Assembly: GCA_038061755.1 (NCBI GenBank)
Contig: JBBTYN010000004.1
Span: 3,198 to 67,197, forward strand
DNA length: 64,000 nucleotides
From: Patescibacteria group bacterium
GTDB taxonomy: Bacteria; Patescibacteriota; Minisyncoccia; Phycocordibacterales; UBA9973
Direction: 5' to 3'
The position numbers and the translations under genes are program-made. Shown here piece by piece: positions 41,931 to 51,225 of the stretch. The notes below the pieces were generated by a model. The model saw only the letters and a list, made by a program, of their open reading frames with translations. It was not told the DNA's origin and did no database searches. Position 1 is the stretch's first letter, and each line of letters begins with the position of its first letter.

Positions 41931-43263
41931 AGAATTGTTCTCGATCTGGTCCTGTACCAACGGAGATGATTTTTATATTTAGGTCAGAAAGTTTATTTTT
42001 TATATATTTCAAATAAGAGATAAGTTCTTTGGAAACCTTTTTTTTATTATTCACCCCATAATTTTTCTCACCCCAGCCATTTATATTATCTGTTACCACT
42101 TCTGTCACCTGATTTAAATAAAGTGGAAATTCTTTTAGAGTTTTTGTTTTATTTTTTTCTTTAGTTTTATATCCAGTTACAACTTTTATTTTATCACTCA
42201 AACAAATATCAGCTTTATTGATAAAAATTCTATTAGCGCCAGAAAGTTCTATGGCATAACGTAAAGCAAATAAATCAAGCCAACCACACATTCGCGGACG
42301 GCCAGTGGTCGATCCAAATTCCTGCCCAGCATTTTGAAAAAGTTTCTCTAAAGTTTCGTCTTTTATTCTAGCTGGAAAACTTCCACCACCTACTTTTGTT
42401 GTGTAAGCTTTTATCACACCATATATATTCCGTATGTAAGTATGAGGAACACCCAAGCCTAAACATACACTAGCTGGTAGGGTATTAGAACTTGTCACAT
42501 TTGGATAATCTCCAAAATCAATATCAAGCATCACAGCCTGCGCGCCTTCAGCTAAAATATTTTTTCCTTCTTTCAGCTTTTTTTGTATTAAAGAAGATAA
42601 AATACAAATCTTAAGTTTCTTTATTTCTTTTACAGCTTTCCACCATTTTTCCTTTGCTTCTTTTATTTTTTTAAAATCAATTTCAAAACCATATTTTTCT
42701 TGATACATCTTTAAAACATTAATATGAAATTCTGACAAAATTTCTTCTTTTTGTTTAAAATCTGGTGACAATATATCGCCAATTAAAAACGCTCTTCTTG
42801 CTCGGACATCACTATAAGCTGGGCCTATGCCCCTTAAAGTAGTTCCTACTTTTGTTTCTAATTTTCCACTCAATTTACCTCTGCGATATTCCTCTGCTTG
42901 ATCTAAAAATGGATGCAAATATGAGACTAACTTTGCGCGGTTTGAAATATAAAGACGAGAAATAACATTGAACCCCAGACTTTTTAATTGGGAAATTTCT
43001 TCGACTAAAGATACTGCATCCACCACAACACCATTACCGATATATAATTCTATATCCTTATGGAGACAACCAGACGGAAGAATATGTCCAATAAAAGTAG
43101 TCTTGCCTAATTTAAGAGTGTGTCCTGCATTTGCCCCTCCTTGAAAACGCGCTACCCCGGAATAAATACCAGAAGACAAAAGTTGATCTATATTTTTACC
43201 TTTTCCTTCATCTCCCCACTGAAGACCTACAACCACATCTATAAAACCATTTTTATTATTCAT
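41914..43263 (-). CDS. purA: adenylosuccinate synthetase
   Basis: QWGDEGKGK; GGANAGHT; RGIGPAY; TTGRPRMCGW. Confidence 0.96.
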   Translation of the reverse strand: MNNKNGFIDVVVGLQWGDEGKGKNIDQLLSSGIYSGVARFQGGANAGHTLKLGKTTFIGHILPSGCLHKDIELYIGNGVVVDAVSLVEEISQLKSLGFNVISRLYISNRAKLVSYLHPFLDQAEEYRRGKLSGKLETKVGTTLRGIGPAYSDVRARRAFLIGDILSPDFKQKEEILSEFHINVLKMYQEKYGFEIDFKKIKEAKEKWWKAVKEIKKLKICILSSLIQKKLKEGKNILAEGAQAVMLDIDFGDYPNVTSSNTLPASVCLGLGVPHTYIRNIYGVIKAYTTKVGGGSFPARIKDETLEKLFQNAGQEFGSTTGRPRMCGWLDLFALRYAIELSGANRIFINKADICLSDKIKVVTGYKTKEKNKTKTLKEFPLYLNQVTEVVTDNINGWGEKNYGVNNKKKVSKELISYLKYIKNKLSDLNIKIISVGTGPDREQFFNWDK

Positions 43264-43277
43264 ATAAAAAATAAAAA

Positions 43278-44780
43278 TTACTGTCCTACACTATAATTAG
43301 GAGACTCTTTGGTAATTATAACATCATGAGGATGACTTTCTTTTATACCAGAATTAGTAATCCTGACAAATCTTGCTTTATCTTGAAGAGTTTTTATATT
43401 TTCCGCTCCGCAATATCCCATACCAGCTCGAAATCCTCCCACAAGCTGATAAATTACTTCTGAAAGTCCGCCCTTAAAAGAAACTCTACCAACAATTCCT
43501 TCTGGCACAAGTTTTTTTATGTCATCTTCCATATCTTGAAAATATCTATCTTTAGAACCTAGTTGCATAGCCTCAATAGAACCCATCCCGCGATAAGTTT
43601 TATATTTTCTAGATTCAAAAATGATTACCTCCCCAGGAGATTCTTCAACTCCAGCAAATAAGGAACCAACCATAACAGAACTTGCTCCTGCTGCTATTGC
43701 TTTAGTAATATCTCCTGTGTGTTTTATGCCACCATCAGCGATAACTGGCACACCTGAACCCTTTATAGCTTTCGCTACCTCATACACAGCAGAAAATTGA
43801 GGATAGCCTACACCAGCAATTATCCGAGTAGTACAAATTGAACCTGGGCCAATACCAACTTTTACGGCATCTGCTCCAGCTTTAACTAAAGCTAACGCCG
43901 CTTCTTCTGTAGCGATATTCCCAACAATAACTTCTAATTTAGGAAATTCTTTTTTTATTTTCTTCAACATTTCAATTACTCCTTTTGAGTGACCATGAGC
44001 AGTATCAATAACTATTACATCCACTCCATTTTGCACAAGTGCTTTAACTCTCTCTCCTGTATCATTTGATACTCCTATCGCTGCGCCAACACGCAAACGA
44101 CCTAAATTATCTCGAGAAGATTTTGGGCGAGACCTTACTTTCATTATATCTTTATAAGTAATTAGACCAATAAGTCTGTTTTTATTATCAACTAAAGGCA
44201 ATTTTTCAACTTTATATTCTGTTAAAATCTTTTCAGCTTCTTTTAAATCCGTGCCGATACTACCAGTTATTAAGTTTGTTTTTGTCATCACTTCTCCCAC
44301 AGAAAGTTCTAAATTTTCTTGAAATCTCAAATCACGATTAGTTAAAATTCCCTTTAATTCCATATTTTTACCAACTATTGGAATTCCGCCAATTTTATTT
44401 TCTTTCATTATGGTTAAAGCTTCACGAAGCAAAGCTTCTTCCGTTAAAGTTATAGGGTCATGAATCATCCCGCTCTCAGAACGCTTTACCTTACGCACTT
44501 CAGCTGTCTGTTTTTCAATAGTCATATTCTTATGAATAATTCCTATCCCTCCCTCTTGAGCCATTGCTATTGCCATATCTCCTTCAGTTACCATATCCAT
44601 AGCAGCAGAAACAATCGGAACACTGAGTGTTATTTTTTTAGTAAGCTTTGAAGAAATATCAACATCGCGAGGTAAAACTTCAGAGTATTGTGGCACAAGT
44701 AAAACATCGTCATACGTCAAGCCTTCTTTAAAATTTTCTCGCTGTATTTTTATTTTGTTTTTTTCTACTTTCAAAGCCAT
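43278..44780 (-). CDS. guaB: IMP dehydrogenase (with CBS domains)
   Basis: SAAMD; [11 protein letters not shown]; YRGMGS. Confidence 0.98.
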   Translation of the reverse strand: MALKVEKNKIKIQRENFKEGLTYDDVLLVPQYSEVLPRDVDISSKLTKKITLSVPIVSAAMDMVTEGDMAIAMAQEGGIGIIHKNMTIEKQTAEVRKVKRSESGMIHDPITLTEEALLREALTIMKENKIGGIPIVGKNMELKGILTNRDLRFQENLELSVGEVMTKTNLITGSIGTDLKEAEKILTEYKVEKLPLVDNKNRLIGLITYKDIMKVRSRPKSSRDNLGRLRVGAAIGVSNDTGERVKALVQNGVDVIVIDTAHGHSKGVIEMLKKIKKEFPKLEVIVGNIATEEAALALVKAGADAVKVGIGPGSICTTRIIAGVGYPQFSAVYEVAKAIKGSGVPVIADGGIKHTGDITKAIAAGASSVMVGSLFAGVEESPGEVIIFESRKYKTYRGMGSIEAMQLGSKDRYFQDMEDDIKKLVPEGIVGRVSFKGGLSEVIYQLVGGFRAGMGYCGAENIKTLQDKARFVRITNSGIKESHPHDVIITKESPNYSVGQ

Positions 44781-44805
44781 AATATATCGTGTATACTACC
44801 ATACT

Positions 44806-46362
44806 ATGAATGATATACAAATCCTTATTGTGGACTATGGGTCGCAATATACACTAATTATCGGTAGAACTTTGCGGGAACTCGGAGTACGAAGCATAAT
44901 ATTACCACTAAACAAAGTTGACGGGTGGCTTAAAAATAATATACCTAAAGCGGTCATTCTCTCTGGTAGTAATTGGAGCGTTCACAACGAAGGTGCGCCA
45001 GAGCTTCCTAAAATACTTAATGCTACTCTCAAAAATAATAACAAAAAATATTTAATTCTAGGAATCTGTTATGGTATGCAACTTCTAGCGCACAAACAGG
45101 ACGGCATCGTCGCAAGACCACTTGATCATCGTGAATATGGACCAGCTACAGTAACATTAAATACAACACATCCTCTTTTTAATGGTGTTCCAAAAAAGAC
45201 CAAAGTCTGGGCAAGCCATGGAGACACTGTCACCAAACTTCCTAAAGGTTTTACTTCTATCGCCACCTCAGGTGGAATTGCTGCTATGAGCAACAAAGAC
45301 AATAATATATTTGGAATCCAATTTCATCCAGAAGTTGTTGATACCAAAGAAGGAAAAAAAATATTACAGAATTTTTTAAATATGGCTAATTGTAAAAAAG
45401 ATTGGAATCCGATAAATTTAATTCATGAAATTCAAAAAGAAGTATTGGATATTGTAGGAGAAAAACCTGCCCGCCGTGGCGGGGAAAAAGTTATCTTAGG
45501 AGTTTCAGGTGGAGTAGATTCCACTACTTTAGCTGCAATCCTTGCACCAGTTTTAGGGCGTAGGCTCATTTGTATAGCCATAGATACTGGGGGACTAAGG
45601 CAAGGTGAGATAATAGAATTAAAAAGTAATACTAAAAGTGCCGGCATAACAAGTCTTAAAATAATTTCTGCTGGAGATAAATTTATAAAAAATATTAGTA
45701 CCACAATTGATGGGGAAGAAAAACGCGCGAAATTTCGTAATGTATATAAAAGAATATTTGAAGAACAAATAAAAAAAGCGGGCGCAAAGTTTATAGTTCA
45801 AGGAACTTTAGCAACAGATATTATTGAGAGTGGAAAAATAGGGGAGTCAGCAATGATTAAGACTCATCACAATGTAGGTCTTAATTGGAAAGTAGAAGAT
45901 TTGCATCCTTTTAGAAATTTATTTAAATATGAAGTACGAGAATTAGCTCGCGTACTAAAACTTCCAAAGGTCATCTCTGAGCGCAATCCCTTTCCTGGTC
46001 CTGGTTTGTTTTTAAGAATTGTTGGCACGCCAGTCTCAAAAGAAAAACTTAATCTTGTACGAGAAGCGGATAAAACTGTAGCAGATATATTAAAAAAATA
46101 TGATATCGACAAAGATATTTCCCAACTCATTGTCGCCCTTCTTGGTGTTAATTCTGTCGGCGTAAAAGGCGACGAACGTGTTTATGGACACTCACTCGCT
46201 ATTCGTGCTGTGCAAACAGTAGATTTTATGACAGCCAAAGGCTATTATTTTCCGGAAGTGGTAATGGAAGAAATTACAAATACTCTCACTAAACATAAAG
46301 ACATAGTTCGTGTATTTTTTGACATGACCCCTAAACCTCCAGCAACAACCGAATTTGAGTAA
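44806..46362 (+). CDS. guaA: GMP synthase (glutamine-hydrolysing)
   Basis: DYGSQY; GICYGMQ; QFHPEV; SGGVDS; IKTHHNVG; KPPATTE. Confidence 0.98.
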   Translation: MNDIQILIVDYGSQYTLIIGRTLRELGVRSIILPLNKVDGWLKNNIPKAVILSGSNWSVHNEGAPELPKILNATLKNNNKKYLILGICYGMQLLAHKQDGIVARPLDHREYGPATVTLNTTHPLFNGVPKKTKVWASHGDTVTKLPKGFTSIATSGGIAAMSNKDNNIFGIQFHPEVVDTKEGKKILQNFLNMANCKKDWNPINLIHEIQKEVLDIVGEKPARRGGEKVILGVSGGVDSTTLAAILAPVLGRRLICIAIDTGGLRQGEIIELKSNTKSAGITSLKIISAGDKFIKNISTTIDGEEKRAKFRNVYKRIFEEQIKKAGAKFIVQGTLATDIIESGKIGESAMIKTHHNVGLNWKVEDLHPFRNLFKYEVRELARVLKLPKVISERNPFPGPGLFLRIVGTPVSKEKLNLVREADKTVADILKKYDIDKDISQLIVALLGVNSVGVKGDERVYGHSLAIRAVQTVDFMTAKGYYFPEVVMEEITNTLTKHKDIVRVFFDMTPKPPATTEFE

Positions 46363-46377
46363 TCTAATCAAAATAAA

Positions 46378-47925
46378 ATGATAAAAGAAAATAAAAAAAT
46401 AAAATCAGCTTTAATTTCAGTTTTTAATAAAGATGGACTTGAAGAAATTGTAAAACTTCTTCATAGGCATAATGTAAAAATTATTTCTACTGGTGGTACG
46501 GCAGAATTTATTCGCAAACTTAGTGTACCAGTAACTGAAGTAGAAGAAATCACAAATTATCCTGCCTTATTTGGTGGTAGAGTTAAAACACTGCAACCAC
46601 AAATTTTTGGCGGGATTTTAAATCGCCGAGATAATGTAAATGATATAAAAGAAAAAGTGGAGCACAAAATAGAAGACATTGATTTGGTAATCGTAGACCT
46701 ATATCCATTTGAAGAAACTCTAGCTAGTGGAGCTAATGAGGAAGAAATTATTGAAAAAATAGACATCGGCGGAGTATCTTTAATTCGCGCAGCGGCGAAA
46801 AATTTTAATGATGTCGTAGTGATTCCTTCAAAACATCAATATGAAGAATTAAAAAATATTTTAAAAATAAGTGACACTACGACATTAGAACAACGCAAAA
46901 AATTTGCAGGCAATGCATTTGAAGTGACAAGTATTTACGATAGTGCTATTCGTGGGTATTTTCAACCTTTGCCAAAGATGCCCTTTGACATATTGATGTC
47001 AAAGGGCATCTTTGGCAATATCCCGCTGCGCTATGGAGAAAACCCACACCAAAGAGCAAAATTTATAGGTAATTTAGAAGAGAGTTTTATACAACTTCAT
47101 GGAAAAGAGCTTTCTTATAATAATTTGATGGATACTGAAGCTGCCATTATGACCGTTTATGATTTTAGAGATCCTGCTTTCGCTATTGTTAAACATATGA
47201 ATACTTGCGGTCTGGCTGTTAGGGAAGAAGGACATTTATTTGAGGCGTATCAAGCAGCTTATAATGCCGACCCACTTTCAGCTTTTGGTGGAGTATTAAC
47301 AGCTAATAGAATTATTGAGGAAGACATCGCTAAACTTATCAAGGAACAAAAACTTTTTATAGAAGTAATTATTGCGCCAGATTTTTCAAAAGAAGCTTTA
47401 AATATTTTAATGGAGAAAAAGGATTGTAGAATTTTGAGGTGGAAAAAACCAAACCTTCCGCTAAAACAAAACAAGACTTGCTTTACTGGAATTCTGTCGC
47501 AAGATCGAGATACTCATATAGAAAGTGAGACAGATTTAAAAGTGACAACTAAGCGTGAACCAACAGAGCAAGAGAAAAAGGATTTACTCATTGCTGCAGT
47601 AATAACGAAACATTTAAAATCTAATGCTATCGCTTTAGTAAAAGATGGAACACTTCTTTCAATGGGTTGTGGACAAACTTCACGCATTGATGCATTAAAA
47701 CAAGCTATTGATAAAGCCAAAAAATTTAAATTTTCACTCAAGGGTGCTGTTATGTCATCTGAAGCATTTTTCCCATTTCCTGATTGCGTAGAGATGGCAG
47801 GGGAAGAAGGTATAACTGCTGTACTTCATCCTGGAGGTTCAAAGAATGATCAAACATCCATAGATATGGCAAATAAATACAAAATGGCAATGGTAACAAC
47901 TGGCTTTAGACATTTTAAGCATTGA
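46378..47925 (+). CDS. purH: bifunctional AICAR transformylase/IMP cyclohydrolase
   Basis: STGGT; IDIGG; LRYGENPHQ; SAFGG; RHFKH. Confidence 0.97.
   Translation: MIKENKKIKSALISVFNKDGLEEIVKLLHRHNVKIISTGGTAEFIRKLSVPVTEVEEITNYPALFGGRVKTLQPQIFGGILNRRDNVNDIKEKVEHKIEDIDLVIVDLYPFEETLASGANEEEIIEKIDIGGVSLIRAAAKNFNDVVVIPSKHQYEELKNILKISDTTTLEQRKKFAGNAFEVTSIYDSAIRGYFQPLPKMPFDILMSKGIFGNIPLRYGENPHQRAKFIGNLEESFIQLHGKELSYNNLMDTEAAIMTVYDFRDPAFAIVKHMNTCGLAVREEGHLFEAYQAAYNADPLSAFGGVLTANRIIEEDIAKLIKEQKLFIEVIIAPDFSKEALNILMEKKDCRILRWKKPNLPLKQNKTCFTGILSQDRDTHIESETDLKVTTKREPTEQEKKDLLIAAVITKHLKSNAIALVKDGTLLSMGCGQTSRIDALKQAIDKAKKFKFSLKGAVMSSEAFFPFPDCVEMAGEEGITAVLHPGGSKNDQTSIDMANKYKMAMVTTGFRHFKH
46969..47018. repeat. 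50-bp GCCAAAG-N5-CTTTGAC palindrome inside purH
   Basis: ttgccaaagatgccctttgacat attg atgtcaaagggcatctttggcaa, encoding LPKMPFDILMSKGIFGN. Confidence 0.92.
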
Positions 47926-48022
47926 CATTTCAATAAAAGTGTGACACAATGCTCAGAGAATAGCGATTTGAGATAATCTCAGAAATGAGATTTTATTTTT
48001 GTTCTACATAATAAAAAAGGAG
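47922..48022 (+). promoter_or_regulatory. sigma70 promoter plus leader with TTGTTCT-N13-GGAG
   Basis: TTGACA-17-CACAAT (TG-extended); the -35 overlaps the purH TGA. Confidence 0.7.
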
Positions 48023-48028
48023 AGTGAA

Positions 48029-48613
48029 ATGAAAAAATTATTTTTAACGGTGGTGGTTGTGGCCATATTAGCATTTTCAATTTCTTGCCGGGCGGACGAA
48101 GTGTCACTAGTGAGAATTAATGTTGTCAAAAAAACCGCTGGATTTGTCGCTGGATTTGCGTCCGGATTAGGTTTTCACGAGCTTGGACATGAAGCCATGG
48201 CTAAACTTGAAGGAGCGGAAATGCACTGGAGTGATACGAACTGGAGTACCAATGCATCCCCAGCGACCTTGCGAAACATTGCCATTGCCGGTTTCGGGGC
48301 TCAAATATTGAGCACTGAAGTTATGCTGGGAACTAACATCATCCCAAAAGACAACTCGTTTGTCTTGGGATGGTTGACTTTCAACATACTGAATACCGTA
48401 CAGTATGTTGTAACAGATAATTTGCGAAATGGAGGTTACGGAGATTTTGAGACTCTCCGTAATAACGGAGGAAATACGGATTTGGTAAAAATCGGACTAT
48501 TGGTGCACGCAGTATTGAGCGCCTACCGACTCTATAAAAATCCAAAATTTATTCCGTATGTCAGCGCGACCAAGGATGAGTTTGTCCTTGGACTAGCATG
48601 GAAATGGGATTAA
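48029..48613 (+). CDS. exported/membrane protein with HExxH motif, GC-rich
   Basis: Signal peptide MKKLFLTVVVVAILAFS; FHELGH; aromatic C-terminus LAWKWD; AAGGAG Shine-Dalgarno. Confidence 0.75.
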   Translation: MKKLFLTVVVVAILAFSISCRADEVSLVRINVVKKTAGFVAGFASGLGFHELGHEAMAKLEGAEMHWSDTNWSTNASPATLRNIAIAGFGAQILSTEVMLGTNIIPKDNSFVLGWLTFNILNTVQYVVTDNLRNGGYGDFETLRNNGGNTDLVKIGLLVHAVLSAYRLYKNPKFIPYVSATKDEFVLGLAWKWD

Positions 48614-48624
48614 TCTTAACTATC

Positions 48625-48668
48625 AAACAGCCAGTACACTCGAAAGGAGGAAAATGTATTGGCTGTTT
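48625..48668 (+). terminator. long-stem terminator
   Basis: aaacagccagtaca...tgtattggctgttt then T-rich. Confidence 0.75.
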
Positions 48669-48709
48669 TAATTTGTTTTATATTGAAAAAATGATAAGAT
48701 AAAATTACT

Positions 48710-49246
48710 ATGAAAAATCTAAAAGTTGGTATAGTTATGGGTTCAGATTCAGATTTGGAAATAATGACGGAAGCGGCAAAAATTCTTGAAGAATTTAATG
48801 TGCATTATGAAATGACTGTAGCTTCTGCGCATCGAAGTCCTGATTTAGTACATAAATACACAACCAGTGCAAAATCTCGCGGATTGAAAATTATTATTGC
48901 TGGTGCAGGTGGAGCAGCGCATTTAGCAGGAGTTATCGCATCACTGACGACTCTTCCTATTATCGGTGTCCCAATTAAATCAAAATATTTAAAAGGACTT
49001 GATTCTTTATTTTCTACTGTCCAAATGCCTCCAGGTGTACCAGTAGCCACTGTCGGAATTAATGCAGGGAAAAATGCTGGACTTTTAGCTTTACAAATAC
49101 TTGCAACAGGTGATAAAAATTTAGAAAAAAAATTAGTTGCCTATAAAAATAAAATGAGTAGTGAAGTGAAAGCAAAAGGAGAAAAACTTTTAAAAGTTGG
49201 ATATAAAAAATATCTATCTGCGCAGGAAAGTTTAGAAAATAAATAA
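48710..49246 (+). CDS. purE: N5-CAIR mutase (class I PurE)
   Basis: MGSDSD; SAHR; GAAHL; [12 protein letters not shown]. Confidence 0.97.
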   Translation: MKNLKVGIVMGSDSDLEIMTEAAKILEEFNVHYEMTVASAHRSPDLVHKYTTSAKSRGLKIIIAGAGGAAHLAGVIASLTTLPIIGVPIKSKYLKGLDSLFSTVQMPPGVPVATVGINAGKNAGLLALQILATGDKNLEKKLVAYKNKMSSEVKAKGEKLLKVGYKKYLSAQESLENK

Positions 49247-49247
49247 G

Positions 49248-50288
49248 ATGAGCGATTTGTATAAACAAGCTGGTGTAAACATAGAAGCTGGTAATGAAGT
49301 CGTAAGACGAATTAAAAAAAAAGTGGCAAGTACTCACACTAGTGCTGTACTTACAAATATCGGACACTTTGGCGGACTATATGATTTAGGAGAAATTATT
49401 AAAAATTACAAACATCCAATCTTAGTTCAAAGTATTGATGGCGTTGGGACAAAACTCTTGGTGGCTAAAATGGCTAACAAGTATGACTCTGTGGGTGAAG
49501 ATATCGTCGGACATAGTTGTGGAGACATTTTAGCAATGGGTGCACGACCTATTACATTTCTAGATTATGTCGCTAATGAAACGCTTATACCAGAAGAAAT
49601 GGAACAAATGGTTTCTGGTATGGTCAAAGCTTGCAAAGAAGCAGGAGTCGCAATTGTTGGTGGTGAAACCGCTGAAATGCCTGGAGTATATATGAAAGGT
49701 GAACATGATATTGCTGGATGCATTACTGGTATAGTTGAAAAAGATAAAATAATAACTGGGGAAAAAATTAAAGAAGGGGATATTTTACTAGGTCTCGCTT
49801 CTTCAGGACTGCATACAAATGGATTCTCTCTTGCTAGAAAATTAATTTTTGAAAAAGCAGGGCATACTATAGGTGAAAAAATTCCTGAACTTGATATGAC
49901 TGTAAGAGAAGCACTTTTACAAGTTCACACGAATTACACTAAGCCAATCTTAGAAATACTTGATTCCGACATTGAAATAAAAGGCATAGCACATATAACC
50001 GGCGGAGGATTTATTGAAAATATTCCACGAATACTTCCTAAAAATCTTGATGCAGAAATTAAAAAAAGGACATGGCCAATCCTTCCAATTTTTCCTTTTA
50101 TGCAAAAAATTGGAAATGTTAGTGAACAGGAAATGTATACCGCCTTTAATATGGGTATTGGAATGGTTTTAGTGTCTCCAGTATCAGAAAAAATAAAAAT
50201 CACAAAAATTTTTAAAAAGTATCCAGATTATAAAATCTATGAAATTGGTAAAATTATTAAAGGTTCAGGCAAAGTACAACTAAAATAA
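49248..50288 (+). CDS. purM: AIR synthetase
   Basis: DGVGTK; GGETAEMPG; SSGLHTNGFS; HITGGG; FNMGIG. Confidence 0.98.
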   Translation: MSDLYKQAGVNIEAGNEVVRRIKKKVASTHTSAVLTNIGHFGGLYDLGEIIKNYKHPILVQSIDGVGTKLLVAKMANKYDSVGEDIVGHSCGDILAMGARPITFLDYVANETLIPEEMEQMVSGMVKACKEAGVAIVGGETAEMPGVYMKGEHDIAGCITGIVEKDKIITGEKIKEGDILLGLASSGLHTNGFSLARKLIFEKAGHTIGEKIPELDMTVREALLQVHTNYTKPILEILDSDIEIKGIAHITGGGFIENIPRILPKNLDAEIKKRTWPILPIFPFMQKIGNVSEQEMYTAFNMGIGMVLVSPVSEKIKITKIFKKYPDYKIYEIGKIIKGSGKVQLK

Positions 50289-50295
50289 AATATTT

Positions 50296-51225
50296 ATGAA
50301 CATTTTAGAAAAAACAGATTTCAAAAACTTGGGAGAAAAATATACTGGTAAAGTGAGAGATGTATACAGCCAAAAAGATAAAGTTATTATGATTTCTACA
50401 GACCGATATTCAGCTTTTGACCGTAATTTAGCGTTAATATCGTGCAAGGGACAAGTATTAACCCAAGTCAGTAAATTTTGGTTTGAGAATACAAAAGATA
50501 TTGTAAAAAATCATGTCCTAGATTTTCCTGATCCAAATGTGGTGATAGGTAAAAAATGTAAAGTAATACCAATAGAATGGGTAGTACGCGGATACATCAC
50601 AGGAATTACAAGCACATCTCTTTGGACACATTACAAAGAAGGCAAGAGAAACTTTGGTAATTTTGTTTTAACTGAAGGACTTAAAAAAAATCAAAAACTA
50701 GCAGAAATAGTTTTTACTCCGACAACAAAAGATGAACACGATAGGCCGATAACTCCCAAAGAAATTGTGACTGAAGGAATTCTCCCGGAGGAGATGGTAA
50801 TAGAATTAGAAAGAATTGCAAAAACTTTATTTAAAAGAGGACAAGAAATAGCTCTTGCTCATGGATTAATTTTAGTAGATACAAAATATGAGTTTGGTTT
50901 AGATGAAAATAATGAAATAATTTTGATTGATGAAATTCATACCCCGGATTCTTCTAGGTATTGGCAAGCTGATTCATATCAAGCTAGAATAGACCAGGGT
51001 TTAGAGCCAGAGAATTTTGATAAAGAATTTTTACGTTTATGGTTTAAGGAAAATTGCGACCCATATAAAGATGAGATAATACCTGAGGCACCACACGAGT
51101 TAGTTCTTGAATTATCTAGAAGATATATTAAAATTTGTGAACAAATTACTGGAATTCCTTTTATGGTTGAAACTGGAGATATTTCCAAACGAATAGAAAA
51201 TAATTTAAAAAAATATGAAATCTAA
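50296..51225 (+). CDS. purC: SAICAR synthetase
   Basis: GKVRDVY; DRYSAFD; DTKYEFG; DEIHTPDSSR. Confidence 0.97.
   Translation: MNILEKTDFKNLGEKYTGKVRDVYSQKDKVIMISTDRYSAFDRNLALISCKGQVLTQVSKFWFENTKDIVKNHVLDFPDPNVVIGKKCKVIPIEWVVRGYITGITSTSLWTHYKEGKRNFGNFVLTEGLKKNQKLAEIVFTPTTKDEHDRPITPKEIVTEGILPEEMVIELERIAKTLFKRGQEIALAHGLILVDTKYEFGLDENNEIILIDEIHTPDSSRYWQADSYQARIDQGLEPENFDKEFLRLWFKENCDPYKDEIIPEAPHELVLELSRRYIKICEQITGIPFMVETGDISKRIENNLKKYEI

Noticed and set aside
48611-48680. Integron attC site after the cassette-like gene
   Set aside because: No proper RYYYAAC/GTTRRRY ends; the recombinase in the window looks Xer-like, not IntI
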